Assembly: GCA_951406725.2 (NCBI GenBank) | Contig: OX597824.1 | Coordinates: forward strand, 33,480,001-33,544,000 | Reading direction: 5' to 3' | Source of the DNA: Octopus vulgaris | Lineage: Eukaryota | DNA length: 64,000 nt | Shown: in pieces, positions 27,290 through 40,150 of the stretch | Layout of the letters: the number at the start of each line of letters is the position of its first letter | Position numbering within the stretch: the first letter of the stretch is position 1 | Made by a program: the position numbers and the translations under genes | Notes under the pieces: model-generated | Seen by the model: only the letters and a program-made list of their open reading frames with translations | Told to the model about the DNA's origin: nothing | Databases searched by the model: none

Positions 27290-28447
27290 TACCTTGTACT
27301 TATACTTAGTGCAAGTTTTGAAGAATGCAGTTCGATTTTAACAGTTATTTTCTCAAAGCTATAATGGAAGTGACAAAGGAGCATATTCGGCATATTTTGC
27401 TTTTATGTGTTCAATAAAGGTAACAGTGCAACGAAAAGTGCGAGGAATATTAATGCAGTATATGGGGATTGGGCAATAAGGGTACCCCAGTGTCAACGGT
27501 GGTTCCAGAAATTCCGAGCCGGAAACTACATCCCAGAAGACGATCCTCGTCCTGGAAGATCTGTTGAGATCGACGAGGACGTTCTGCAAACCCTAGTGGT
27601 ACAATATCCTATTGTAACTGTTGAGGAACTAGTAGAGAAGGTAGGATTTAGTCGCTCAACCATTCATCAGAAAAGTCAGCAAATTGGGTCCATGTGTTCC
27701 TCACAAACTTTTCGAGTTTAATCGCGCGCAGAGAGTGAATGTGTGCTCTCTTTGCTGTGACGTTTCATGAATGAACCTTTTTTGGACCGAGTATTGACTG
27801 GTGACGGGAAATGAATTCTCTATAAAAATGTCAAGCGCCGAAGAGAGTGAGTAGGGAAAGGAGAAACATCGACGCTCCCAGGCTAAAGAAGGTTTTCCGC
27901 TACATAATGTGCTGTTATCTATTTGGTAGGATATAAAGGGTTTCGTCCACTTTGAACTTTTAAACCCAAACCAAACGATAACAAAGGAGATACTGCGTGC
28001 AGCTCGAGCGACTTAGATCAGCGCTAGAAGAAAAACGAGTGTTTGGTTTCAAGAGGAAAGGTGTCCTTCTATCAGAATAATGCTCGGTCATATACAGCGA
28101 AGATGACATTCCAAAGGCTGGAACAGTTTGAATGGGAAACGATGCCCCACCCACCATATTGCTGGACACTGCTCCATCTGCTTATCATTTATTCCGCAGT
28201 CTTCAAAGTCATTTGGATGGAAAATATACAAATTTTGTAGACAGGGTCAGAACAGTACTGGAGGAGTATTTTTCGTCCCGGACAAGGGAATTTTGGAAGT
28301 GGGGCCTTACAAGTCAACCAGATAGATGGAAGACCATTGTAGAAAATGAAGGAGAGTATATTTTAGATTAAAAAAGAACTTTATTTCAATTTTGAAACAT
28401 TAAAAGAAGTATATAAAAAAAAGCATTATTTATGGGATGACCCAATA
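27290..28447 (+). mobile_element. Mariner transposon, decayed (transposase 27364-28371)
   Basis: MEVTKEHIRHIL, CQRWFQKFRAG..EDDPRPGR, LTGDGK, QNNARS, DTAPSAYHLFRSLQ; right TIR ..atgggatgacccaata followed by TA; frameshifts and stops. Confidence 0.9.
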
Positions 28448-28959
28448 TATACAAGCATTTGTCACTTATATCCAATGGCGTCCAATATATCCAATAGCCG
28501 TCTCTGAATGTGAGACGGCTATGAAAAGAACGATGTAATCATCGTATTATATACATGAGCGCGAGCGTGCGTGTGCCTGTAAGTGTTTATACACGTATAT
28601 GTGTATGTATGTATGTATATATGTACATATCTATACATGTATATATATATATATGTATATATGTGAGTGTGTGTGTGTGTGTGTACACAAGGAGTTTTCG
28701 TCAATGACGCAATGTAATAGATATGTAACATAAGTACTCAGTTTGATTTACCACAAAACCTTCGGTTTGAACTACAAAAGTGTGATGTTGAGATTGCTTA
28801 TCAGAGACGGTTAGAAGTGGTTTATCCTTGAACGAGTAGACATAGAATGAAGTAAGAAATAAAAAACCAAAACATTTGGCATCAATCGAAAAAAGACATT
28901 TAATTTAATATAAGTACATATGTTTATATTCTCTGTCGAAAATCAAAAATCTTTCTCGA

Positions 28960-30490
28960 ATGATGTCAAATATTAGTGGAAGGTTATGTTGTCAAATAAG
29001 TGCAGTAGAGTGGGAATGGCTGGTTTGGTTTTGATATGCTGGAATTTAAAACTGCAGAGTATCATATCGCGATCCGAGGGGAGAGTCTTTTCAACCGAAA
29101 TGCTGTGAATGGAGCTAGACTGGTTGGTTAATATTATATCCAAGATCGCTTTATTCTGTCTCGTTGGTTCGAGCACTGGCTGTGTCGGAAAAATATTGAT
29201 CCATTAGATTAAAGAGTAATTCTTCTGCTGCTTTGTCTGGTGTAGTGCAGATGCATAACTTCAGAGTATTTGTGGACCAGTTTCCATAAGGGAGGTTAAA
29301 ATCACCCATCACTAGTATGTTTCCGGAGTTGTATTTTTGAAAGAAGGACTTGATTTTGTTGAGGCATTCTTCAAAGCACTTTAGAGGTGCTTGGAGAGGC
29401 CTGTAGAGACCAATAATGGTTATGTCGTTGGCCTTGTTGAATAGTGATATGAGTTCACAGTAGCCACTGGAAAATGTCCTTGGCATCATTTGCAAAGGAG
29501 TCATGGAGAAAGATGGCTATTCCTCCTTTATTTCGGTCTGTGCGATCTGCATGGATGCTGGCGAAATCTTTTGTTTTCACCTCGGCATCTATGTGAGTGC
29601 TGTTTAGATGAGTTTCAGTAAGGATAAAGAAAAGGGGTGCAGTGTGCCGTTTCGGCAAGCTAACTCTCTATGTATGGAATCTTCCATTTTGGGGTAGTGA
29701 GTGAAGGGTTGGTGCCACGTACATTTAGCAGGAATGTCGAGCCAAGGGTAGTTTGATGTTTGCATTGTTCTAAGTGCTCAGTGTTATGTGTTATGTTGTT
29801 CAGAGGTAGCAGTGAGGGTAGTTTTTGTGTGGAGCTGTGTGTGATGTTCTAGTTGATGGTGGGTGTGTGTTCCTTGTGTTTTGTATACACGGCTGCTAAT
29901 AAATAGCTCGTTAGATCTCCTGGCTCCGGTCGGCTTTCATATTTTCTAGCTAAGTTAGTAAAAAGAGAGTTACCTCTTTAGTTTGCCACTTGGTCAGATG
30001 ATACATTGCTCATGTTTATATTATTTGGTGTTATGGTTTCCCTTAATTTTCTTCGTTATTTGGTTTTAGGAGGTGAAATGTGGTTGTATTTTGTTTTTGT
30101 TGTTGTTGTTGTTGTTGCACTCTGTTGCAGATTATTTATATTTTTCGTTCGTTTTGAGCCCTTCATATGGTGGTAGTTTCATTCTAGGTTCAGGCACATC
30201 CTTAGAGACACAGAATTTTGGCACAGTTTAAGATGGAAGAAGGTGCATCCGTTGCCTTTTATACATCCATATTTAGGATCAGCGCCATGGACTCTGTATT
30301 TAGGACAGTATTTTGGGTGAGGGTAGTTTTTTTCCTGTTATACCATATGGACAGGTGCCCTTAACATGTCTACGGCATAAGGTAGGGTGGAGGAAAGAGC
30401 GGCATCCCTTGTTGTTGGTGCCACTGGGACCAAATCTACAGTTACATTGGGAATGGTAACGACAGGCTTTTTGACGTGGGCATACGACAT
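28960..30490 (-). mobile_element. CR1-group LINE 5' part (ORF1 CCCH-type fingers and APE endonuclease), decayed
   Basis: ILTETHL, DRTDRNKGGIAIF, IIGLYRP, VMGDFNLP, PTRQNKAILDIILTN, SDRDMI; upstream C..G..C..LHPTLC repeats. Confidence 0.8.
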
Positions 30491-30504
30491 TTCTTTTTCG
30501 TTTG

Positions 30505-30520
30505 TATATATATATATATA

Positions 30521-30572
<52 letters not shown>

Positions 30573-30574
30573 CG

Positions 30575-30652
<78 letters not shown>

Positions 30653-30765
30653 AATTATATTATGCTATATATTTATAAATGCTGTATATGTTTTCCGTAT
30701 ATATATGGCGCGCTGTATATATTTGAATTATAATATGTATATATATTGATACCATATATATATCG

Positions 30766-30821
<56 letters not shown>

Positions 30822-30865
30822 AGTATATATATTTATTATTATAGCGTATATTGTATATATATATC

Positions 30866-30896
<31 letters not shown>

Positions 30897-31007
30897 GTGA
30901 TATACAGTATATGACTATATGGGATATATGTATTTTCGTATTGTATATTATATATGTAGATATATAGTACTCTCTTATATTTATATTTGTATATATATAT
31001 GTATATA

Positions 31008-31093
<86 letters not shown>

Positions 31094-31170
31094 ATATACA
31101 CACAATGTTGTACATACATACATACATACGGAAGGACGGACGGACGGATGGATGGATGGACGGATGGATG
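30505..31170. repeat. Degenerate (TA)n field
   Basis: Directly visible. Confidence 0.95.
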
Positions 31171-31174
31171 GATA

Positions 31175-31395
31175 TGTGTGTCTTTGTATCTGTGTCCCCC
31201 ACTACCGCTTGACAATCAGTGTCAGTGTGTTTACGTTCCCGCAACTTAACGCTTCGGCAAGATATACCAATAAAAAAGTATGACGCTTGAAAAGAATGAG
31301 TACTGGGATCGATTGATTTGACTAAAAATTCTTCAAGGCTGTGCTCCAGCCTGGCCGCAGTCTAATGGTTAAGACAATTAAAAGGTAAAAGATAA
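31175..31395 (+). mobile_element. SINE family A, 3' half
   Basis: gcttgacaa..gtgtttacgttcccg..gtgctccagcctggccgcagtc. Confidence 0.7.
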
Positions 31396-31767
31396 AAAAA
31401 AAAAAGTTAATCAATTGTCTAGAGGTGTCATCGTTTCTAAAAAGTAGAAACTAGAACTATTTCTTCAAAAAGAAAAGATAGTGAAGCACATGATTAGCTG
31501 CCGTAGAATTGCCTTCGAGAATAAGTAACTACGTCATCACTAACCAAATATAAATGTCATCTGAAAGCTACCGTTCATATATCTTCTGTAAATGCATATC
31601 TGGTTGGTAAAAACTCACTCATCATCTCGCTATATTTATATATTGCTACACTGTACTCTCTCTCTACCTTTATCTTTCTCTCCTTCTTGTCTCTATCTAT
31701 CACCCGTACTCTCTCTCCCACTCTCTCTAACTTTGTTTCTATCTCTATCTCTATCTCTATCACCCTT

Positions 31768-31806
<39 letters not shown>

Positions 31807-32010
31807 TTCCCTTTCTGTCTATCTGTCTGTCTGTCTCTCTCTCTCTCCTACTCTCCCTCACTCCCTTTCTCTTTCACTCTCTCACGTACCACCTCTGACT
31901 CAATCCATCATCACCAAAAGCGAAAGATTCTCTATTGATATTAACCGATAGAAGTTCAAATTAAACATCAACTGCATCAGTCTTGAAGGCTTAAAGAGAT
32001 TAAAAGCATC

Positions 32011-32099
<89 letters not shown>

Positions 32100-32554
32100 A
32101 ATAAACAAAAAAAAAGCAATACTGCCAACTTGCTCCATAGCGTTTTATTAAATGCAGAGTGATCGACAATCGTCACATTACTGCTCACAACACAGAGAAA
32201 ATAATGGCTTCTTCCCACCATGTGAAGCTGTACAAAGTGTATCCATCTATTAAACAACTTCTACGAAACGACGACCAGTCTGGACATCGCCCGGCTTCCC
32301 AGCAGCTTTATTCAACCTTGCAAAATTTAATGTTAGTGTGACACTAAATGCGTTCCATTTATTGCAAAAGTCACGTTTTTCTTGGTGTGTTTCTATGACA
32401 GATCTCACCAGGTTGTTGCTGCATTTGTGAAGCAGAAATCGGTTGGTAGTCTTTACATTGTCATGAAGTCGTGTTTAGTCCTTATGTTGTCTTCTTAACA
32501 TAAGGACTCCCCTTATTCTTTTCAATATTCTAGTGTTTTCGTTCTTTCTCTACC

Positions 32555-32904
32555 TGTTATGTATTACTTTCTTACTTATATTATCTTTCTTTATTTTGTT
32601 GTAGTTCTAGAGGGTCACAATGCCAATAATAAACACACGCACTGGTTCTATTTCACTTCTCGTATATATTCTACAGTGTGGACACTGCTCACGGACTTGC
32701 CTTTCTCATATCGGACTTGTCAGTCATGAGCGTGCATGCACGTGACGTGGACAGCCTTCCTGATCCTTTGTTCGCGAAGCCGAGCCATGATGATGTATTA
32801 CTTTCTTATTTATATTATCTTACTTTATTTTGTTGTAGTTCTAGAGGGTCACAATGCCAATAATAAACACACGCACTGCTTCTATTTCACTTCTCGTATA
32901 TATT
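32555..32904 (+). repeat. Direct repeat of about 112 bp with a unique spacer of about 117 bp (TRIM-like)
   Basis: 32559-32670 repeated at 32793-32904; first copy bounded by TGTTA..CTACA and contains AATAAA. Confidence 0.7.
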
Positions 32905-33274
32905 TTACTTGTTTTAGTTATTAGACTGTAGCCATGCTGGGGCACAGCTTTGAAGAATTTTACTCGAATGAATCGACTCCAATACTTGAGCTTTAAGCTT
33001 GGTACCTATTCTATCGGTTTCTTTTACCGAACCGCTAGCTTACGGGGACGTAAACACACAAACACCGGTTGCCACGGTGGTGGGAGACAAACATAGACAC
33101 GTGTGTGTGTGTGACGGTCTTCTTTCAGTTTCCATTAACCAAATCCACTCGCAAGGCTTTGGTCGGCCCGAGGCTATAGTAGAAGACACTTGCTCAAAGT
33201 GCCACATAGTGGGACTGAACTCGGAACCATGTGGTTGGGAAGCAAACTTTTTACCACACAGTCACACCTGCACC
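32903..33274 (-). mobile_element. SINE family A, diverged
   Basis: Family A head and tail present. Confidence 0.85.
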
Positions 33275-33429
33275 TATCTATTTATTGGTTAACTATTTAA
33301 CCAATTAACTAATCGTTCGATCATTCAAGCAATCAATTAGTTTTGTCAAAGTCCTTTCATCACCATTCGTGACCGCATCAATGAATGGCATGTCCTCTCT
33401 GCTACAGGTCCGCTTCAGATCTGCCAGTA

Positions 33430-34698
33430 CGAGGATCGGCTAAAAAGTTCAAAGGGTGACCAAGATACTCTTATGCAATATTACCAAACGAGGTTTATTT
33501 TTCAACATACCCCTTTCCCCTTGTGGTCCACACACTTCTTCCATTGGTGTTGCAGTGGTTGGATCCCATTGGTGAAGAAGCTTTCATCCTATTGGTCAAA
33601 AACGTCTTCAACAGCAGATATGACGTCATCATCATTACAATACTGGTTCCCAGCCGAGTGTCTTTTCATTTTGGGAACAAACAATAGTCAGATGGGGTTA
33701 AATCTGGAGAATAGGGAGATTGATCAACCAGGTCAAAGCCACAGTCACCCACGACAGTCATTGAAAGCAAGGACTTGCATGCTGGAGAATTGTCTTGATG
33801 AAACAAAATCTCTTTCGCCAGTTCTCCTGGGCGTTTGGTCTTGATAACCTTTCGTAACTGCCTCAGCAAGTTGGCATAGTACTCTCCATTGATGGTGTGG
33901 CCCATTTGAAAATAGTCAATAAGCGCAATTTTCTTTTGCCTCCTAAAAACCAGAAGCCTTCACCTTCCGTCATATGAAACGATCTTGGCCTTCTTTGGAA
34001 CATGTGGGGAGGGGTGTTTCCACTGTATGGATTGTGTCTTTTTCTCTGGCTCAAAGTGATGAACCCAACACTCATCCTAGTTTAGGAAACGTTTAAGGAA
34101 ACCAGCTAGATCTGCCTCAAACAACGTCAGATTTTCCTGTGATGTTATCAGCCTGGTGCGCTTTTGATATAGGCAGCCACCGAGTAGAAACCTTCATCAT
34201 TGTGCAGAATATTCTCAATTCTCTCACAGAATATGCTAATAGCATTGGCTTCTTGATCTATAGTCAATCGCCTGTCATCCATCACCGTATGGTAAACACT
34301 ATCAATGCTTTCCTCGGTGATGGTAGTTGCAGGACGCCAAGACGCAGGGTCATCTTCAAGACTTTCTCTTCTCCTCCTAAATTCAGTTGCCCACTTTTGT
34401 ACTGTTGATAAAGCTGGAGCGTCATCCCCTAATCTAGCAAGTATATCAGCATGAATGTCGTTGGGGGCTAAATCATTTTTCTGTAGATAATTCATAAAAC
34501 CACGATGCCAAATTTTGTCAATTTTCAAGGGAAGTCGCTATTAGCTACTTTTGAAGTCTTCTTCGAACAGTCAGATAGTTTACCCGGAAATAAACAACGC
34601 AGTTATTAATAAGACAAGTTAAAACTAAAGTGTACAATATTTCACGGCTCTAGCGTCACTATTTCATAGTCAGCCTATTAATTTTTCAGCCCACTCTC
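33430..34698 (-). mobile_element. Mariner transposon, near full length, decayed
   Basis: Degenerate TIRs cgaggatcggctaaaaagtt / aatttttcagcccactctc with TA flanks; STVQKWATEFRRRRESLEDD, FHQDNSP, PYSPDLTPSDYCLF. Confidence 0.9.
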
Positions 34699-35432
34699 CT
34701 AAATCTATTGTTGCAACGACCATCCTGAAATACAACAAATTCTGTTTCGACATTTCAACACAGTAGTTCATAGCAAGAATCTTGCAAGCCAAATATATAA
34801 ACGAAATATTTCTCTGTCTTATTTAGTTTCGTCTGTCTTATTTCTACTTTATCGTTCATCTTGTTTATACTGTTGCCTATCGTTTCTTATATCCCACTTT
34901 AATGGACCACCAAATGTGTGCGAGTGTGTGTGTGGCTTATATACCACCACTTATCCGGGTGAAAGATCTCGGTCGAAGACCGCTTGAACAATTGCTACGG
35001 GCATTTTTTCGGACTGAGACGAATAGCTTTCCAATATTCGATACTTCGTTTGAACTAGCGTTCAAATTTTACCCGCGATTGCTATCATCGATCTCTTAGT
35101 ACAGTTCTAAGTGAAGATGTTGCCAAGATTATCGAGATAATCGGATTTGGGAAGAATAGGAATGATCTTCAGTTCTGAGTTTTTCCTTGATCTTTTTTCT
35201 TGATGTGCGAATACAGATGTGGAAGTGTCAAAAACATAACCAGATCAATTTATCTTTTATTTGTTTCAGTTATTGAACTGCGGCCATGCTCATCTACTAT
35301 CTTGAAAGTTTTAGTCAAATAAATCGATTCCAGTACTTGAGCTTTTTTTATTAATATGTAGAAAAATAGTTAAAGTAGCCCTGTTATATAATCTACTAAA
35401 TAATTTATACAAACACACATACGTACTCGTAC

Positions 35433-35500
<68 letters not shown>

Positions 35501-35503
<3 letters not shown>

Positions 35504-35730
35504 ACGGGAAGCTTTATGAAAATAGACAAAAGACGAAGGCAGGTTTACGGAAATAAACAAAAGACGAAGGCAGGTGGAATACAAACAAACAATTGTATTA
35601 GTATGGCGCTCAGGAAATATAAATAAAACAAGTCTTTAACGTTTCGAGCCTACGCTCTTCAACAGAAAGATACACAGAGAAAAAACACAGAAAGAAGGAG
35701 AGAAAAAAATGCGTGCAGAGGCTAGCGAAT
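35501..35730 (-). mobile_element. Element E copy 3, variant hammerhead at 35633-35670
   Basis: In (TA)n; core CUGUUGA, GUU site; internal tandem duplication of about 30 bp. Confidence 0.75.
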
Positions 35731-35805
35731 ATATATATATATTGGTAAAACGGTAAGATAACAAAAGAAAGAAAGAGACCTCAATATTATGTAAATAGAG
35801 GAAAT

Positions 35806-36009
35806 TATCTGTAAATTAATATGTGACAATTATTCAATAGCCAAGATAAAACTCTGAGTTTCGGATGCCGAAGTAGAAATCCACAACACCATCTCTTCGG
35901 TTATCTGATGGCCAGATAACCGAAGAGATGGTGTTGTGGATTTCCACTTCGGCATCCGAAACTCAGAGTTTTATCTTGGCTATTGAATAATTGTCACATA
36001 TTAATTTAC

Positions 36010-36014
<5 letters not shown>
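35806..36014. repeat. Near-perfect palindrome (102-bp arms, 5-nt loop) in a pLTR-like element
   Basis: 35806-35907 is the reverse complement of 35913-36014 with one mismatch; loop ATGGC. Confidence 0.95.
35914..35976 (+). ncRNA. Hammerhead-like fold with U4C core (mirror copy on minus strand at 35844-35906)
   Basis: AGAUAA-CCGAAGA-GAUG..GUGGAUUUCCAC..CAUCC-GAA-ACU(CAG)AGU-U-UUAUCU. Confidence 0.55.
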
Positions 36015-36071
<57 letters not shown>

Positions 36072-36076
<5 letters not shown>

Positions 36077-37360
36077 ATATGTTATTTGTCCAAAACTATG
36101 TGTATGCGTGGGTATACGTATATATTAATACATCCACAATATTAGTACTATTTTGTTAAGCGCATCTAGTGAACAGTATGAACTGTGACTAAATGTGTAT
36201 CACTCCGATATACAGTTTGTAAACATGCCACATAAATAAACACGTAGAATCATAATAACGCCTTCAATGAGTTGCTTATTGTCTCAACACAATCCAAAAG
36301 AATACATAAAATGATGGTAGAGATAGATACTTAATCGAAAACTGTGCCTTTACAACAAAACAAGAACACAAGTCTGAAATTTAACAAACTGAATATCGCT
36401 TCGTCTTCGGACACACACACGAGGATCCAAAATGGCGGTCCCCGTCGCCGGACAAATGAATCTATATCCGACCATGAGCTGGGACGCCGATGATATCGTG
36501 GAAGTGTTCAAGAAATTCAAACAGAAAAGTCAACTGGCTTTCAAAAAGCTTCCTGAAAAGTACAACCGCCGATGAAAAGGTAAGCTACATCCTTTTATGG
36601 ACGGGAGAGAAGGGTTTAGACCTATTCAATAGTTGGAACACGTCAGAATCGGATTGCAGGAATCCAGACACACTTTTAGAGAAATTTGAAAAGTATCTGG
36701 AGCTCAGATCAAACCATAGAATTCATAGGTACGAATTCCAAGGCCTGAAACAAGACCCACAAGAAACGATTAGCAACTTCCTGTCCAGACTAAAAATGTT
36801 GCTAAGAAATGCAGATTCAAAGACAAGGACGAAAGAATTGTTGATCAACTCATGTGGGAGTGTGCTCATAAAAAAAGTCCAGAAATCCCTCATAGGTAAG
36901 GACGCTCTCCAATTGATAAAAGCAGTTGACACTGCAAAAGCATTCGAAGCCACTGCCAAACAAATGGCCTCACTTACTTTGCAAACAAACACAATAGGCA
37001 GCAGTGTAGATATTGTATCTAGACATAGGATGAAACATATCCACAAATAGGGAACATACCAGTACTGTGGTATAGAGCATGAGTTCAATGACCGGAGGAA
37101 ATGTCCCGCATTCGGTACACACTGCAAAGCATGTGGAAAGCCCTACCACTGAAAAAAATGTGTAGACTACCAAAATCTCACAAATACAAGCCTTAATTTT
37201 CAAAGAGGAGCGGAAAGAGAAGACAAAGAGATGTACATGCCCAACAACAGGAAGAAAATACCTCAGAGGAGGAATTGTTGGCAGTCGGTACAATAAACAT
37301 ACATGAGATGGGAAGTGATAACCGAGAAAAAGAAACATGAGGCATACACAATACAAATAA
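36072..37360 (+). mobile_element. Ty3/Gypsy-like LTR retrotransposon remnant (candidate 5' LTR and decayed gag)
   Basis: TGT..ACA segment 36072-36306 with AATAAA; gag-like KVSYILLWTGEKGLDLFNSW, RYEFQGLKQ..ETISNFLSRL, ERIVDQL and zinc knuckles CPAFGTHCKACGKPYH; frameshifted. Confidence 0.8.
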
Positions 37361-37970
37361 ATGGTGTAAGGAAATACACATAAATGGTGTAAGGAAATTG
37401 AAAGAAGATGTTGAAATTTCCCCTCTGCGAGTTTATTTTTTTCAACAGTAAAGGGAGTTATTTTTTTCGGAGAGATAAGCTAACAAAAGCCCCTTTATTC
37501 TATCTTCCCACATAGCGTCCATGTAAACTAACAACGAATGCTGCACAAAGTTAAATTGGTATGGAGCTTCCTGAAAGATATGTATAGCTTTCGCTAGTGA
37601 AAGCAAAACTCTTATTTAAAGCTTGATTCTTTGGGACGAATCATATGTGAGTGTTTAAAAAAGGTTAGAATGACGATGCTAAAACCTATTTGAAACAATG
37701 GACAGCAGTCGAAATATCATAATGGCTGGGTAAAGAAGCATCCTTAAAATGAAACAACAGTAACAATGGTGAAAAAAAAAAGGTATCAACAATCAGAAGA
37801 GAGGGAAGGGAGCATCACCTTTCAAGTAACTCAAAATAGGTAAAGGTAAGCTTGCCAAAGTTTAATGCAGTTTCAAAATGTAGATTAAGATAGTTTGGTA
37901 TTGGATATTCATCACGTATAGTTTTCCTAGTCAACTGAATCACCGTCGTAAGTGGACAGCAGAAATATAT

Positions 37971-38183
37971 ACTCTCTCTTTACTCTTTTACTTGTTTCAG
38001 TCATTTGACTGCGGCCATGCTGGAGCACCGCCTTTAGTCGATCAAATCGACCCCGGGACTTATTCTTTGTAAGCCCAGTACTTATTCTATCGGTCTCTTT
38101 TGCCGAACCGCTAAGTGACGGGGACGTAAACACACCAGCATCGGTTGTCAAGCAATGCTAGGGGGACAAGCACAGACACACAA

Positions 38184-38240
<57 letters not shown>

Positions 38241-38399
38241 TACGACAGGCTTCTTTCAGTTTCCGTCTACCAAATCCACTCACGAGGCATTGGTCAGCCC
38301 GGGGCTATAGCAGAAGACACTTGCCCAAGATGCCACGCAGTGGGACTGAACCCGCAACCATGTGGCTGGTTAGCAAGCTACTTACCACACAGCCACTCC
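37971..38399 (-). mobile_element. SINE family A, full length
   Basis: Family A consensus match. Confidence 0.9.
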
Positions 38400-39120
38400 A
38401 CTCCTTTCACTTTTATAAAAAGATTAAAAAGAAAATGAGTGCAAAAAGCATCCGTTTTTTCACAATGAAAAATCGCTTCGTAGTAGCCGGAATTTCGCGA
38501 CAAATTGTATGTTTATGAAGCACAACAGCCTGCAGTGCATGCCGCTGGGCATTAAAAGCCAATCGCACAAACTTAGAGGGGTTCTAGGCCTCCTTGAATC
38601 GATAAAAAAATTCACTTTTTGCCAAAGCAACCACATATTTATAGCTTGCGAATTTTAACCATCGCGAGTCTCATCCTCACCACGCATTTAGTATCCCTGC
38701 CAATTTTCATCTCGATCCTAGCCTCGGTTTGTCCGCCGTTAACCGTCACAGCAAATGTGCATACGATTTTCGTCCAAGGACTGTTTTATAGATATAGATA
38801 ATAAATTACACACATATGTTGCCCATATTTTCATTCGATGTAGTTCACGAACTTGTATAATATACTGAATTTCAATAGGAAGTATTTCAAAAGCGCCAAC
38901 TGTGACACAGTTCCAAATATTGATAAAGGAAAATGTAAATAGAGTGAATTAAAAATCAATCAAGGCATACGTTTGAGTCTAGACTACATATATTGTTTGT
39001 ACCTAAACATATATTGATATATTGCTCCCCACCCCCGAATTAAATCATTCTAAACCTGTAAAAACATATATGCATTGACATCATCACCATGACTCCAAAA
39101 GAAGCTGGTTGTAATAAACT

Positions 39121-39520
39121 CGCAGGAGTGGCTGTGTGGTAAGTAGCTTGCTTACCAACCACATGGTTCCGGGTTCAGTCCCGCTGCGTGGCACCTTGAG
39201 CAAGTGTCTTCTACTATAGCCTCGGACCGACCTTGTGAGAGTATTTGGTAGACGGAAACTGAAAGAAGCCCGTCGTATATATATCTGTATCTGTGTGTGT
39301 GTAAGTGTATGTATATGTTTGTGTGTCTATGTTTGTCCCCCCAACATCGCATGACAACCGATGCTGGTGTGTTTATGTCCCCGTCACTTAGCGGTTCGGC
39401 AAGAGAGACCGATAGAATAAGTACTAGGCTTACAAAGAATAAGTCCTGGGGTCGATTTGCTCGACTAAAGGCGGTGCTCCAGCATGGCTGCAGTCAAATG
39501 ACTGAAACAAATAAAAAGAA
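39121..39520 (+). mobile_element. SINE family A, full length
   Basis: Family A consensus match; inverted relative to 37971-38399. Confidence 0.9.
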
Positions 39521-39763
39521 AAAAATATATTTGACAAAACATGAGGTGCTATAAGCGAAGCGGAAATGTCATAAGCTTCCAGCAAAATCTTTCTAGAAGT
39601 GACTTTTCTACATCAAAGTTCCCTACGTTTTCGCGTATAAAAATCTAATCGCAAAAATGGAGCTATAACTGTAAATACTCAAAATTCACCCAGAATTTAT
39701 TTCCATACAACGTCTACAAAAAGGGCCCGATAAATATAAGATCACAGCAATAGTATGTACAAA

Positions 39764-40150
39764 TCTCTCTATATATAAAGCTGAAGGTGTCTGTGTATGG
39801 CAGGTTTGGTAGCCTTCAACTAACACTAACTCCTCCGAGACCCTGCGGCGCAAGTTGACCAAAATTGAGAGTATGATAGAAGAAGGCTTACTCTTCCTTC
39901 CATAGAAGAAAAAATTCAAATCTGACCATGTTAACACCAAAAATTATTTACATCAAAAAGGTGCTTTTTTTAATGAAAATCCCTATTTTTTACGATTTTT
40001 TGACTGCTGTGTCGCCATTTTTCGGTGTATTTCAACCAGAAAAATGTTCACTTAAAGAGACAAGATACATAATGCAAAATTTTTACTTTTCAAAAATTCC
40101 AATTCCAAGGGGTCGAAACAAACCCGAGCAACGCCGGGCGATACTGCTAG
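39764..40150 (+). mobile_element. Non-autonomous Helitron
   Basis: A|TC 5' end, 3' hairpin cccgagcaacgccggg, CTAG|T end. Confidence 0.8.
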
